This document shows, in pieces, positions 1-11,526 of a stretch of DNA of 64,000 nucleotides. The stretch covers positions 49,105 to 113,104 of the forward strand of contig QPMI01000396.1 of the NCBI GenBank assembly GCA_004431415.1, given 5' to 3'. Position numbers and translations under genes: made by a program. The first letter of the stretch is position 1, and every line of letters starts with the position of its first letter. The notes beneath the pieces were generated by a model. The model searched no databases and was not told the DNA's origin. It saw only the letters and a list, made by a program, of their open reading frames with translations. This DNA is from Cyanophora paradoxa CCMP329. Its lineage: Eukaryota; Plantae; Glaucophyta.

Positions 1-1410
1 AAATGGACGGACTCTGGAGATCCATCAGGGAGCGTGACAAATTGGCGAATATACGCGAGGACGGTGGGAGGCGTCCAGGTCATCACCGTCGCGGAGTCCG
101 GGCCCACGGTACCCGGAGGTTGGGCTCCCATGTTCCCCGTGTTATCGTCGTCAACGCTGTCGCTCGCGGCATGTACCGGTGCGTTGGCATCTGACGTTGG
201 ATTACTAGGTGGTCAGAGACGACGTTCCAATAGAATATAACTTCGCTAGATCTAAAGTTGCTAGCTCAGGCACTGATAGCGCCTGCACGACCGCACGTCC
301 GTAATAGCGCACCTGCCTCCGGTCGTACTCTCTCGGTTCTCGCCCCTGCTCTCCGAATTAATCGGGTAGCCCGAATATTTAAACTCGATAGGTAATAATT
401 CGCACACCCTCTGATGAGACTTTAGCCTTCTTCGAATTCCGCGTGTTCGCACTTGGGCCCCCGTCCTTCTTTGCAGCAGAAGAGCTCTCCTCGATCACAC
501 TACCCGCCGATTCGTACGCCTCCTCGTCCTCGTACGCGTCCTCCCCATCCGTCTCGCCCTCTACTCAAGGCGCCATGCGTCAGCGATTACTCACATCGCA
601 TCGCTCGACATACCACTACTGGTTTCAGCGTTGTACTTGGGGCAGGTCTTCATGTGATTGGACAGGGTCTTCTTGCTGGCATACGTGCGATTGCAATTAG
701 CAGCGGGGCAAGGGAGACGGTCGTCGTCGGCCTTCTTGCTCGTAGCTTCGGAAGCTGCTGGATAAATTCAATGAGTACCGTTCGCACACCAGCCGGCGCA
801 CATGAGAGGCATGTTTGGCACCTGACTTCCGTTTGCATGCATCAATGTGCGTCCCCTTTCCTTTGAACGTTATGCCACAGTTATCACAAATAAACGGCGC
901 CTGCTTCTTTCGCGCTTTCCCAGACGATCCTGCATCTCAGTCAGATCGGCTGCAGTTATGCATGATGTATGGGGAATGCAGTCAGCGATCGTGACCGTAC
1001 CCCGTGACGCCTCGGTGCCCTTTCCTGCATCAGTCGACTCCGCCCCCTTCGAACCCTCGCGCTGGTTGCCTGCAATTGAGTCTAAGGGGTCGCTCCCTCG
1101 AGGGTGTTCGGGGACCTCTTAAATTCAACGCATCCTGCCGCTCACCAGGCCCTCCAGGTTGACTGTCTATACCTCGAGACTTGCCTGCGAGCATGTGAAC
1201 TGTGACCATCTCGAGTGGATATTACGGTGCACCGGTTGCGTACCTTTCGATGTGGCGACGGGTGGTACGCCCGCCACCTCGCCTGCTTCCTTGCCCTTGC
1301 CAGTACCGCGCGATGACGCCATGCCTGCGGGCTCGAAGGACAATTAACTGCCGTATCCTTGCGACAGACGCTGCTCCCTTCGTTCGTGCACCTGATGAAC
1401 GAACCGTAGT

Positions 1411-1592
1411 CTGGGGGGGGCTTGATGCCCGCTCTTGTTTCACTTCGTCCGGGCGCCGCCACAGATTGGGCGGCGCAGGGACATTCGATCTCGTGGTTCT
1501 CGCCTGGGGGGGGCTTGATGCCCGTTCTTGTTTCACTTCGTCCGGGCGCCGCCGCATATTGGGCGGCGCAGGGACATTAGATCTTGTGGTTC
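1411..1592. repeat. Two tandem copies of a 93-bp unit
   Basis: CTGGGGGGGGCTTGATGCCCG...GGGACATT(C/A)GATCT(C/T)GTGGTTC twice; reads as a 31-aa repeat on either strand. Confidence 0.85.
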
Positions 1593-4500
1593 GCATTGCA
1601 TCGGCGGGCTCGACTTTCGGCTGTACAGCGCGACCATCTTTGTACGCATCAGAACTACATATATCGCGCCAATTTCAAAGTTCCAATGACCGCACCTGTG
1701 CTGTGACGCCGCGGGCTCTTCTCTGATAGGCGCATCCCATCTGCGGCTCCAGCATTGCTGCCGCCTATTACGCCTGGCACCCCGCCCGAGCCTGCCGCAG
1801 AGCCGAACCGAGGTTGTCAGTCGCATCGTTCTAGCGGGGCTGCGCGCATGCACCTGCTATGTCGCCTTGGTCGCTCGAACCTGGTCCTGGGCCAATCGTG
1901 ACGTCACACCGCGAGCCATCGGAGGTCAGTTCCTTCACTCCGGCTGATCCACTATCGCTGCCGCCGGGTGTACATGCGCCCCCGTCCAAGCCTGCCGCCA
2001 ACCCGAAGTTGTCAGTCGCTTCGTTCGAGAGGGGGTCCGGGCAGGCACCTGCGATGTCGCCTTCAGCCGGCGCGCTCGCAGTCTGACTGTCGCCTTCCGC
2101 GGGGTTATTTGCCGTCGCCGCCGCGCGCGCCGTCCCGCCCGTGTCCTTTGCACCTTCTGCCGAGTCCAGATCGATCACTGCTCGATTACAGTCAGCGTCA
2201 GGGCGCGGCGCTCGCTTAGTCTACGGTATCACCTGGAGCTCCGTCGCCTTCGGCATCGCCTGAAAGCGCCGGCGCCTCGCTCGTCGTCTTTCTCGACTCC
2301 ATTGTCTCGTCGGCCGAGTCCAGATCAATCACTGCTCCAGTCCGGTCAACGCCAGCACGCTGCGCTTCCGTGGCACTCTCACCTGATTGAGCCGCTAGCG
2401 CTCCTGCCGTACTGTTCCCTTCCATGTCCCTTTCGGCCGCGCCACCGCCCTCGTCGTCTTGTGCGAGCCTCTCGGTACGATCGTCGCCGGCGTGCGGCGA
2501 ACCACACTCTCGCTCCATGTGCACCTAGTGCTGCGGCTGTCAGCTGGTTCCCTGTGGTGATGCTGTGCACGTGCACCCGACGCTCTGGTCTTCAGCTTCC
2601 TTACCTGCTCGCACCTGGCGTCTTACGCGCTTATTCCAACGTGTACCCCTTCGACCAGCCGTCCTGGACGGCTGCTCCCTTAGCTTCATTATAAGCTCAT
2701 ACTCGGAAGCCCGACGTCGACGGGCGGCGGCTGGGCTCCTGGTGCGACACGGGGATTGATCAGGCGGCTGAGGTCCGGATCGCTGGGCGCAGTTACCGTA
2801 GTACGTATACGGGCGGAGACCCGCCAGACGCGTACGTATACGTACACCGGATCCTGAGTACTAGTGGATCGCCGCGCCGGCGCTGCGGCCGGCGCCGGGC
2901 CGCACCTCCGACCCGGGCCGGGCCGGCGGCGGGCCGCGCCCGGCCTGCGGCAATAAGCAAGGCATGAGGAGGACCTGCAAACCCTCCGAATTACCTGCAG
3001 CTGATCGATGTAACATAGCTAGCTACCAATATTAATAGTGCTCTAGATCTCGCCGGGCCTATAGCTAGGCATCCGGATCCGGATCCGGGCCGCGGCCGGT
3101 ACTTTTTTTTGCAAAAGTGGACGTCGCATTGATACACCACGGCACATGTATCAATGTTCTACGTGACGTGCCCTTCCGACCGGTCAACTATCTAGCCGAA
3201 GGTGCTAGCTAGGTGCCGGCCATGGGTCGCGGGCCGCGGCCGGTACGAGGTCCCCCGGCAGCGGGCGCGCGAGGGTAGGAGGTGGAGCTCGAGCGGGCGC
3301 TAAATCTAGTACTAGTACTGATACTTGTTGCGCGTTCATGCAAACAATCCGAATTACCTGCAGCTGATCGATGCAGCACAGCTATATAGCTAGCTACCAA
3401 TATTAATAGCGCTCTTCACGATATTAATTCTGATGATATATACGAAATATTTCAAAATTACGGGCGCCGGCTACTATAGGTATTAAATATTTGAATTCTG
3501 CGTGAAAATTATATATGTTGTCCGGATATCGATCTATCCTTCTGGCATTTTAAACATTTCCGTGCCGGCGGAGACCTGATACAGACCAGAGGCTGCACTG
3601 CCCCGGGGCAGGAATGTTTATTGAGCAAGAAAGTTCACCCCTGCTCGAGTCTCGATCGGCTGAAAAAACTCGCAGGAGCCTGTTTTCCCGGCGTCCGGTA
3701 CAACAGGTACTTGAGGCGGCCTAGCGGACCACCCTGTGCCCCTCCGGTCTCGGCATGTTTGACATGAATTGTCGGGCGTATCGGGCGCATTTAGGCGCAC
3801 TCGGTCCGGCAGATATACCGCCACTTGGTGAGGCGCTAGATTGCATTTTTCGAAAATGTGTTCTTGTCTATTCAATGATTCCTGGTCCACCGGATAGGAC
3901 TCGGATCTTCCTGTACACGTTTCCGGACTCCTAGGGACATGCATATGCCTTGCTAGGATCCGGCGAGAAAACCCGGGTTTTGAGAGGTCGGGACATTTCA
4001 TTTTGGCCTAGGGTGGGCACCCGAACACCCCCAAGTGGGGGAAGGGGAAGGGGTCCTTCCCCAAATAAGTGCCGCCGGAGATTTGTGATTGCTTTAATTT
4101 GTTGTCCTTAATATCACTACCTACGCCGTGCACGTGACGGGGGGTTCGCCACACCGTACTAGTAGTCTCTCAAAAAAGACAAAAAAAGAGATTTCATGTT
4201 TTACAGTAGCCGAAGTACTAGTCTGACGGTACCAAATCCTTTTTTCTAACCAAGCTCATTGATATTCATTTGCATTAACTTATATAATTAGATGCAAATT
4301 TAATCATGAGAATCAATTATCGATCGAGCTAGTTAAATCGATCGGTTTAATCGATCGGTTTAATTGACGTACGATTAATTTAATTCGGTACGTGCGAATT
4401 CGAAGTTCTACGAACGTATATATATATATATATATATAAACGTGCGAAAAAGAGTTTATTTTATAATTATAATGGCCGCCGTATTAGGCTACTAGTAGCC

Positions 4501-4851
4501 GGCCCTGCAGCCGGCGCCTGCAAGCTGCGCTGCAGGCTGCAGCTGGTACCGCACGCCGCGGCCTGTATCACTTGCTCGAGGACCCGGGCGTTGAATCGGG
4601 CGCCATGGTCCTTGCACGTTGCAACCCTCCCTGCAAGGAGCCGTTACGTTTTTGTCCCCCACCCCCTAGTACTGGGCTCAGTGGGCTACTAGCCTAGTAG
4701 GGCCGCTAGGGTGATTGAAAATTTTCAATCACCCTAGCTGCAGCTTTAAAGCTGCAGCGCTCACGCCAGCGCGCATCATTCCGAAGTTCGCACCAGCAGC
4801 GCCCTTGGCCTTCTCTCCGTCGTCACTCGTTCTCCTCAGTAACCAAGCAAC

Positions 4852-6526
4852 ATGGGCAACGCTGTGGTAAGCCTGTGCCCTCTGAGCGCGCGCGCGCATG
4901 CGCGTTTCCATCGTCTCGGAGGCCACCGTCGTTGACGCTGCCGCCCTCGCGATCTGCGCAGGACAAGTGCCAGGACGTCAAGAAGCACGCCGACTACCAG
5001 GCTGCCGATGGCAAGGATGCGTGCGTGCAGATGGATAGGTGTAACGGCCGGACTCTTCAAAGTCTCTGAAGACGCGCGTGCTCCTGCGCAGGGCCCAGGC
5101 GAAGGGTGTCATCGAGGCGGCGCTGAAGGAGAACTTCGACTTCCAGGTGCGCCAGCGCTCCAGACGCGAGCTCGGGGACCAGTCGAGAAACGCTCCGGGA
5201 TCCGACGTCGACCGATCATGATGCGGACGTTGCGCGCAGGGCCACCCGAGCGACTTCCGCGCCATCGACGCGGACGGCAACAACACCCTCACCGCGGCGG
5301 AGCTGCAGAGCTTCTTCGACGCCCAGGGCATCACCGGCTCTGTCAAGGACCTGGTCCGCGTGCCCGACGCCTTGATCTAGATCCCCTGTCATCCATGCGC
5401 GTTCGCGTGTTAATGCTTGCGATTGCCCTGCATGCGCAGATCGCCGTGTACGATGGTCCGCCGGCCCCCGCCGCATGCCTACGCGCTAACGTAGCACCTC
5501 CCTCATGATCATTATCGTGATCTCACGCGCGTGCGGCGCCGGCCCCCAGCGACCAAGGCTCGCTCCGACAACAAGTTCGCGAACGGTGACGGCGACGGCA
5601 AGCTCAGCATCAACGAGTGCGCGTTGCCCCCCGGGACTCAGTACTCCTAAATCAAATCGGCCCCCATCCTCCTCCTAATTATATAACGGCGGGGCGCAGG
5701 TGGGTCAACTGCGGCGGCCACAAGAACGCGGACGAGGCGCAGGATGCGGCGGCGGCGTCCGAGGTCGCCTGCCCCTGCGAGATCCCCAAGTGCCCCAGCG
5801 TGCGCCTCGCGCTCACTGCCCCGACCCCGCGACGTCGACCCGCGCACGCCCCGCTGACGGCGCTGCAACGAAACCCGAACCCGACCGCGCAGGTCGACCT
5901 CAGCCCGCTGCAGCAGCAGATCACGGAGGCGACGGCCAGCATCCTCGCGGCCATCGAGTCGACCAACGCTGCGATTAGCACCGCCCAGACCACCATCCAG
6001 GTCCTAAATTATAATTACTTCTGATTCTCTTTTGATTTCGAATTCGAATTCCCGTCGTGACCCGCGATCGGCTGCAGGGCGACATCGCCAACATCGCCGG
6101 TGACATCGTCGACCTTGAGACGAACATCGACGGCAAGATCGCCGAATCCGAGGCGGACGTGATTGCCGCCGTCAAGGACGTGCGCATGCACCCGCCTCGG
6201 CGAACGATTGATAAGCACATACGCTTGTGCTCACCGCGCTCTCCTCGCGGGCGGGCAGATCGAGTCGCTCGACATCGTCTCCTCGTTCACCCGCAACCCG
6301 AACGTCACCTGCTCGGCCCGCGCCGAGGAGCCGGGGCAGGAGGCCGTGGTGCGCGCGCGCGTCGCCGGCTGCAGCTGCGCGGCAGCGGCGCCGGCCTCGC
6401 TGACGCGGGCGCCGCGGGCAGGTCGCCAACGATTTCGAGGACGACTTCGACACCTACGAGGCGGACGAGCTCGAGCTCGTCGCCGAGGCCGCCGCCGCCG
6501 AGTGCGCCGAGGCCATCGACGCCTAA
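4852..6526 (+). CDS. Host multi-exon EF-hand calcium-binding protein with coiled-coil C-terminal part
   Basis: Exons FRAIDADGNNTLTAAELQSFF and GDGDGKLSINE (EF loops), C/G-ending codons, GT/GC...CAG introns, stop TAA 6524-6526; start (MGNAV|GTAAG) inferred. Confidence 0.7.
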
Positions 6527-6976
6527 GCGCGAGCTAGCCGCTGGCAGCTGCAGCCGGCAGTTTTCAAGGGGATCGCCCCCCTCATCTGCATGCAATGTAA
6601 TCAATGTCAAGTGCATACCACGATGACTGAGCAATTAATTTACATTTACCATGTTCAATTGCGAATTGAGGAGGATAGCTTTAGGGTCGGGGCATGGAGC
6701 TGCAGCTGCAGGGGGGGGCGGGGGGGTATGGGCTGCGACCTCAGGCCGGGAGCCTCTCGTCTCATGATTACGAGCGCCTCTCCGATTGTCGCAGCGCCTC
6801 TCCGATTGCAAGCACCCTACCTTGGAGCTTGCAATTGGATGCTCAGCTATAGTAGACGTCGGACGGTTGCTCGACCTTGCGATTGCATGCGCATCTCCCT
6901 AAACATTCCAGTAGTAATAAGTCAAACTCGCAGCTCGAGCTCAAATTGCGATTACAAGTTGCAATTGTACATGTGA

Positions 6977-7240
6977 CGTCCTGCTTCGCCTCCGCCTCCA
7001 CGTCGTCTTGTTGTTCCTCTTACTTGTCTGCTTCCTGTTATTTATCTTTCTCAATTTTGTCCTCCGCTTCTTAGTGATGTAATTCCTTCCGATATTGATG
7101 GTATTTCTAGCTCTGGCTCTTCTTCGTGTCAGTCATCCTCTGTCCCTAGATCTGCTCGATTTATCGTCTATTCTCGAAGTCGATCTGTCTCGAGCTCTCA
7201 GTCTGTGTCTTTTCTTTTTTATTGTCGATTTTGGCTCTTT
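6977..7240 (+). repeat. Direct repeat copy 1 (~260 bp) of the host sequence into which the PLV inserted
   Basis: CGTCCTGCTTCGCCTCCGCCTCC...TTGTCGATTTTGGCTCTTT recurs at 29407-29658 with a few substitutions and indels. Confidence 0.9.
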
Positions 7241-7509
7241 TTGGATCTCTCGATCGACCCTGGACTCTCCGCCTGCCACTGTCTGCGGGGTACCTCCGCC
7301 ACCGTGTTCGGCGCCGGCTGTCAGTACTTTGCTCGGTAGCTCCCCCGTCGTGGCTCCTCGGGGGCCTCTTCGTCGTCGTCGTTCGCTGGGTTCCGGCTCC
7401 GGGTCAGATTTCTCGCCGGGCTTACCTTCTAGATCTCCTGGCTCTGCTCCTGGGCCCTCAGCTCCGGGACCGGCTTCCCCGATCTCCTCCCGGACTCGTG
7501 GTCGTACCC

Positions 7510-7515
7510 GTCGCC
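7510..7515 (+). repeat. Target-site duplication GTCGCC, left copy
   Basis: Identical hexamer directly abuts both element ends; 6 bp is typical of Polinton rve integrases. Confidence 0.92.
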
Positions 7516-8075
7516 TGTTGTATACGCATGGACCTCACACCCGGGCAATTCCGCTTCGCTCCATAGCCCCCGATTCCATGCGTTTCAAGTGTATACCTCC
7601 AGCGTTTCATTAGTTATTTCACCATATACGTCTACCCCACCGATCCAGCTACGTCTACTATCCGATTCCCTAGGTCGAAGCCTAGCAATATCTGACGACT
7701 ATACAAGGCAGAGGAGACAACAAGAATAGGCGAAGAGGAGCGCTGCCCCCATGAGCGCGGTCTGCAGAGCAACGTGGCAGAATAGTCTAGACGATATTAA
7801 TGTGTACAATGAAGCTATCAGAGGAAACACGTTTAGGTTAATTTTAGGCGATAATGAAGTGTACATCGAAGCTAACAGAGGAAGCACGTTTAGGTTAATT
7901 TTAGGCGATATAGATGAGTACGATGAAGCTAACAGAGGAAGCACGTTTAGGTTAATTTTAGGCGAAATGATGAGAACATTGAAGCAACCAGAGGAAAAGC
8001 GTTTAGCTCTATCTAGGCGATAATGATGAGTACATTGAAGCACTTCGTGTCCCAAGAGCGCTCTGGTGCGGCCTC
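7516..8075 (+). repeat. Left terminal inverted repeat (560 bp)
   Basis: Starts TGTTGTATACGCATGG and ends ...GGTGCGGCCTC; reverse complement of 28452-29011 with no mismatch seen by eye. Confidence 0.96.
7811..8040 (+). repeat. About four ~57-bp tandem repeats inside the TIR (mirrored at ~28487-28716)
   Basis: Unit GAAGCTAACAGAGGAAGCACGTTTAGGTTAATTTTAGGCGA...; three close copies and one diverged copy. Confidence 0.9.
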
Positions 8076-8081
8076 ATCCAC

Positions 8082-8414
8082 TTAATCTGGCTGCTTTTCC
8101 GAAACTGGAGTCTTCTCCTTTCTGAAACTTGATAGCAAGGACTTTCTTCTTTTCATTGGCTTCGGGATATCTGGGGGTGGCCACGACAATCTTCGGCCTT
8201 CATCAAGCCAAGGTACAGGTGAATCAGTTCGAGTAAATGGAGAATTGGACCTAGAAGTCCTGGGTGTGTTAATAGGCGATACCTGAGTTTCTGGGGTGCG
8301 AGAGCCCTCAGTGTCCGATATTTCGAGATTAATGGTCGTCTCACAGCAACTACAATTCAATTTGCTGGTGACGTTGAGATGGAACATATCCATACATTTT
8401 CGAAGCAAATCCAT
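8082..8414 (-). CDS. PLV hypothetical protein (110 aa)
   Basis: ATG-initiated ORF, last gene of the minus-strand cassette, ends just inside of the TIR boundary; CSCC motif and basic C-terminus. Confidence 0.6.
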   Translation of the reverse strand: MDLLRKCMDMFHLNVTSKLNCSCCETTINLEISDTEGSRTPETQVSPINTPRTSRSNSPFTRTDSPVPWLDEGRRLSWPPPDIPKPMKRRKSLLSSFRKEKTPVSEKQPD

Positions 8415-8452
8415 CTATTAATGGAAAAATATAAAAAAACAAAGGAATGCGG

Positions 8453-9283
8453 CTATGGAGCCGTATCGCTGCCGAATATAGGAAAATACCTGTTTGTACC
8501 AACATATTCTGCATATGTGTTCTGTTTAGCAATAGCATCGGTTCTTTCAGCATAAAGGATGCATTTGTAGATACCAAACCTGGTTGCTCTCACCAAGAAC
8601 TGGTAGTCTTCAAGGCCGAAATTTACACCATGATAAGCGATCCCGAAATTATCATAAGGAGTTATTACCACCGTAATATTGGGTGTCCCACCTTCAACCT
8701 GGCAGAGAGCGTAGATATCAGGCGGGATGTCAACGACGACCTTATAATGATCACCAATTTCAACCAGAGAATCAACTACTGATGTTTGCTCATTAACAAC
8801 AATGGGGAAAATCTTGATAATATATGGTGCATTCATGCTGGGAACGTAGGTGCGAATACGCGTTAAATTATCAATCGGGTTTGGTTGATCGTTCACAAAG
8901 AGAGGTGCTCCGATAGCTCCACCAACACGAAGACCATCACCAATATATGCGCCGCCATTTCGACAGTTAATAGCTCCAGAACGAGATTCAAAAGAATAAG
9001 TCGAAATAGGATCGCCGTAGCTGTCTGGATCTCCATAATGTGAGCTGAAATTTGCATTCGTAACTAGCAGCTTTGTAGTTTTGACCACGCCATTATTTTT
9101 ATCGCATCTGAGTTCCTGCAATCTCAGTTTATGGGTGGACCCAAAGGTGTTCATCGTAGGCTGAACTTCTGTTGATTCAAGACCTTCTACATCATCAAAA
9201 GTAGCATGCTGCAGAACGTGATTTGCTGGTGCAGATAGTGAGAGCTGTGCCGTAACAATACGCTCTATTGGAATTTCAGCCAT
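8453..9283 (-). CDS. PLV fibre-like protein, paralogue 4 (non-C1q C-terminus)
   Basis: Shared N-terminal block ELRCDKNNGVVKTTKLLVTNAN...GGAYIGDG; C-terminus ends with ...ILYAERTD. Confidence 0.75.
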   Translation of the reverse strand: MAEIPIERIVTAQLSLSAPANHVLQHATFDDVEGLESTEVQPTMNTFGSTHKLRLQELRCDKNNGVVKTTKLLVTNANFSSHYGDPDSYGDPISTYSFESRSGAINCRNGGAYIGDGLRVGGAIGAPLFVNDQPNPIDNLTRIRTYVPSMNAPYIIKIFPIVVNEQTSVVDSLVEIGDHYKVVVDIPPDIYALCQVEGGTPNITVVITPYDNFGIAYHGVNFGLEDYQFLVRATRFGIYKCILYAERTDAIAKQNTYAEYVGTNRYFPIFGSDTAP

Positions 9284-9306
9284 TTTACATTTAAGTAATA
9301 TATAAT

Positions 9307-10161
9307 TTAAGGTGTTGGATCGTCAATAACATCTGGCTCCTGGTAAAATCCGGTTGTAAAGATATCAGCAATATTCACACCACGAAGTGCCGAAACAGCT
9401 GCTATATCTGTTCTCAGTCCCATAATCATAGTATTGTAAACTCCTACCTCAGTGACAAACAAATCATAAGTAAATGTCAAATTGTTATATACACAATATC
9501 CCCGACCGAAATGATTTGATGCTTGAACAAAGAATAGGTAATTGTGACCTGGTTGATTGTTGTTTGCTCTGCACATCGAAAGCATTGCTGTGGGAAGAGG
9601 AATATTCCTTCTCACACGATCAGTTCCTGTAATGGAAACCAACTCTGAATTTTCAAGAGAGACAGATGATGCAACATAGAAGTGAAGAAAAGGTTGCTGT
9701 GCAACAGGTGTATAGAACCGAATTCGTTGTGGATTTTCAACATTTTGTTCAAGGGTATCCGGGACATCATTGTATGCAATCGAAGAAGAGAGTTGACCGG
9801 ACACACGACAACCACCACCAATAAATGCTCCACCTGAACGAATTGTAGCAGCAGCAGAATTCTTGTCGAAATCGAGGGCTTTCAGATCAACACTGTATGC
9901 ATCAGGACCTCCATTTATTGGTTGGAAGAAGTTAGCATTGCTTACGAGTAGTCGAGTTGTTTTAACCACACCTGAGTTCTTGTCAGCTCGAAGTTCTTTA
10001 ACTCGAATCATCGAATTTTTGTCAAAAGAGTTACCATTCGAATTAGGTCTTTCTGTGGATTCTAGACCGCGAACCTCATCATTAACTTCATGCTGGCGAA
10101 AATGCATTGCAGGTGATCCAAGGGAATAGATAGGTAGCTGAACCCGATTATATTCGCCCAT
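9307..10161 (-). CDS. PLV fibre-like protein, paralogue 3 (non-C1q C-terminus)
   Basis: ELRADKNSGVVKTTRLLVSNAN...GGAFIGGG; C-terminus resembles that of 8453..9283 (FG-x-Y...GVY...RTD); start set at ATG 10161. Confidence 0.75.
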   Translation of the reverse strand: MGEYNRVQLPIYSLGSPAMHFRQHEVNDEVRGLESTERPNSNGNSFDKNSMIRVKELRADKNSGVVKTTRLLVSNANFFQPINGGPDAYSVDLKALDFDKNSAAATIRSGGAFIGGGCRVSGQLSSSIAYNDVPDTLEQNVENPQRIRFYTPVAQQPFLHFYVASSVSLENSELVSITGTDRVRRNIPLPTAMLSMCRANNNQPGHNYLFFVQASNHFGRGYCVYNNLTFTYDLFVTEVGVYNTMIMGLRTDIAAVSALRGVNIADIFTTGFYQEPDVIDDPTP

Positions 10162-10199
10162 TGCTTGTTTTACTAAGAAGGAAAGAAAAATAATGTTCA

Positions 10200-10463
10200 C
10201 TACTCTTCTGTGACATTGTTATACTCAATGCCTTTCTTTACAGTTCCCCTTTGGAATGCCTGTGACACAATTGCTTCCTTTGAGGTTGGTATTTGAACTC
10301 CTGCCGAAATGCAAGATTGAATTTCTTTCTGAACAATCTCATCAATTGCAATTCTTGCCCTGTTGTGAACCACATTATCAATCCAATCCTGAACAGAAGC
10401 AGCACAGTATTCCATTCCCAACTTCTCAATATCAGATAGAACGACTTGGTATATATTTGACAT
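10200..10463 (-). CDS. Small helical protein resembling phage tail-fibre-associated hypothetical proteins
   Basis: 87 aa with QDWIDNVVHNRARIAIDEIV, recalled from aquatic phage proteins next to fibre genes; no search run. Confidence 0.7.
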   Translation of the reverse strand: MSNIYQVVLSDIEKLGMEYCAASVQDWIDNVVHNRARIAIDEIVQKEIQSCISAGVQIPTSKEAIVSQAFQRGTVKKGIEYNNVTEE

Positions 10464-10484
10464 CTCTACTTAATAGAGAGAAAA

Positions 10485-11504
10485 TTATGTGATACTTAGA
10501 AGTTCACCTGTGAAAAGTGTTCTACTTGAATAACTACCTGTGGAACCTGTGACAAGTGTTACATACTCACCAGCAGGAACATTGATAATTGCACTGAGAG
10601 TAAGAGGTTTGGTTGTGATAGTGGAATTAGCTTCTACTGAAATGTTAACTCCATTGGGTAAAAGATTATTTTTCAGAAAACTAAGACTTATTGCAGCACT
10701 TGTTGTTGAATTGGTATATGCTGTAAATCTATAATCACCTGCAACAGGAGCTGTAAACCTTCCATTAGTAACATCGAATGACCCTGTATTATTTATCAAA
10801 ACGGTTGTCCAATTGATCAGAGCGGCTGCACTTGTAGCAACATGAGTATATCCAAGTTGAACAGAAAATCGTGGCTGAGAAACATATTTTAAATAGCTTG
10901 AATTCAGAGTCAAACGATTGGCTTCCAGTGTTGCAAAAAGATCACTGTTACGTTTTAACAGCAGATTAACATCTGCTCCTGTATCTATTTCAGGAGTGAC
11001 CACCTTGGTTGATGCTGTTATTATTGATTCTGTGGAATTGGGAATACTAATTCCAGCATTTGCTGTTACCAATCCTGTAAATGTGCTTGTTCCTGTTATG
11101 CTTACTTGATTGGCTGTAAGGGTTCCATCAATCCTTGCCCCATCTCCAATATAAGCGCCTCCACTTCTTACTACAAGAGCTGAGTTATTGATGGTGTTGT
11201 CAAAGGTAACAATCTTTGGTGTGGTGAACCCTCCCACATCATCATAAATTGCTGAATCTGATACAATCTGACCTGATTGAACTTGGTTCTTGTTTGAGAC
11301 TATTAGACCTGTGGTTCTCACCTTGCCTGCATTTCGATCACATCGAATTTCTTTGCATCTGATCACAGAATGTTGAGAGAATGAATCGGCTCCTGTGGTC
11401 TCTGTGCAAATGAAACCTGGGGTAGCATCTGTTACTGTATGGTTGAGTTGATGCAATTTCGGCGCTGCATAACAGAAAACAGGAACAGCTATTTGTGTAG
11501 ACAT
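10485..11504 (-). CDS. PLV fibre-like protein, paralogue 2, C-terminal C1q-like domain
   Basis: EIRCDRNAGKVRTTGLIVSNKN...GGAYIGDG; C1q signature NNTGSFDVTNGRFTAPVAGDYRF...FTGELL. Confidence 0.85.
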   Translation of the reverse strand: MSTQIAVPVFCYAAPKLHQLNHTVTDATPGFICTETTGADSFSQHSVIRCKEIRCDRNAGKVRTTGLIVSNKNQVQSGQIVSDSAIYDDVGGFTTPKIVTFDNTINNSALVVRSGGAYIGDGARIDGTLTANQVSITGTSTFTGLVTANAGISIPNSTESIITASTKVVTPEIDTGADVNLLLKRNSDLFATLEANRLTLNSSYLKYVSQPRFSVQLGYTHVATSAAALINWTTVLINNTGSFDVTNGRFTAPVAGDYRFTAYTNSTTSAAISLSFLKNNLLPNGVNISVEANSTITTKPLTLSAIINVPAGEYVTLVTGSTGSYSSRTLFTGELLSIT

Positions 11505-11526
11505 TCTTTATATTATACAAACAAAA

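Noticed and set aside
7811-8040. CRISPR-like array in the TIR
   Set aside because: Linkers are short and related to each other, there are no cas genes, and the context is a eukaryotic viral TIR; these are tandem repeats
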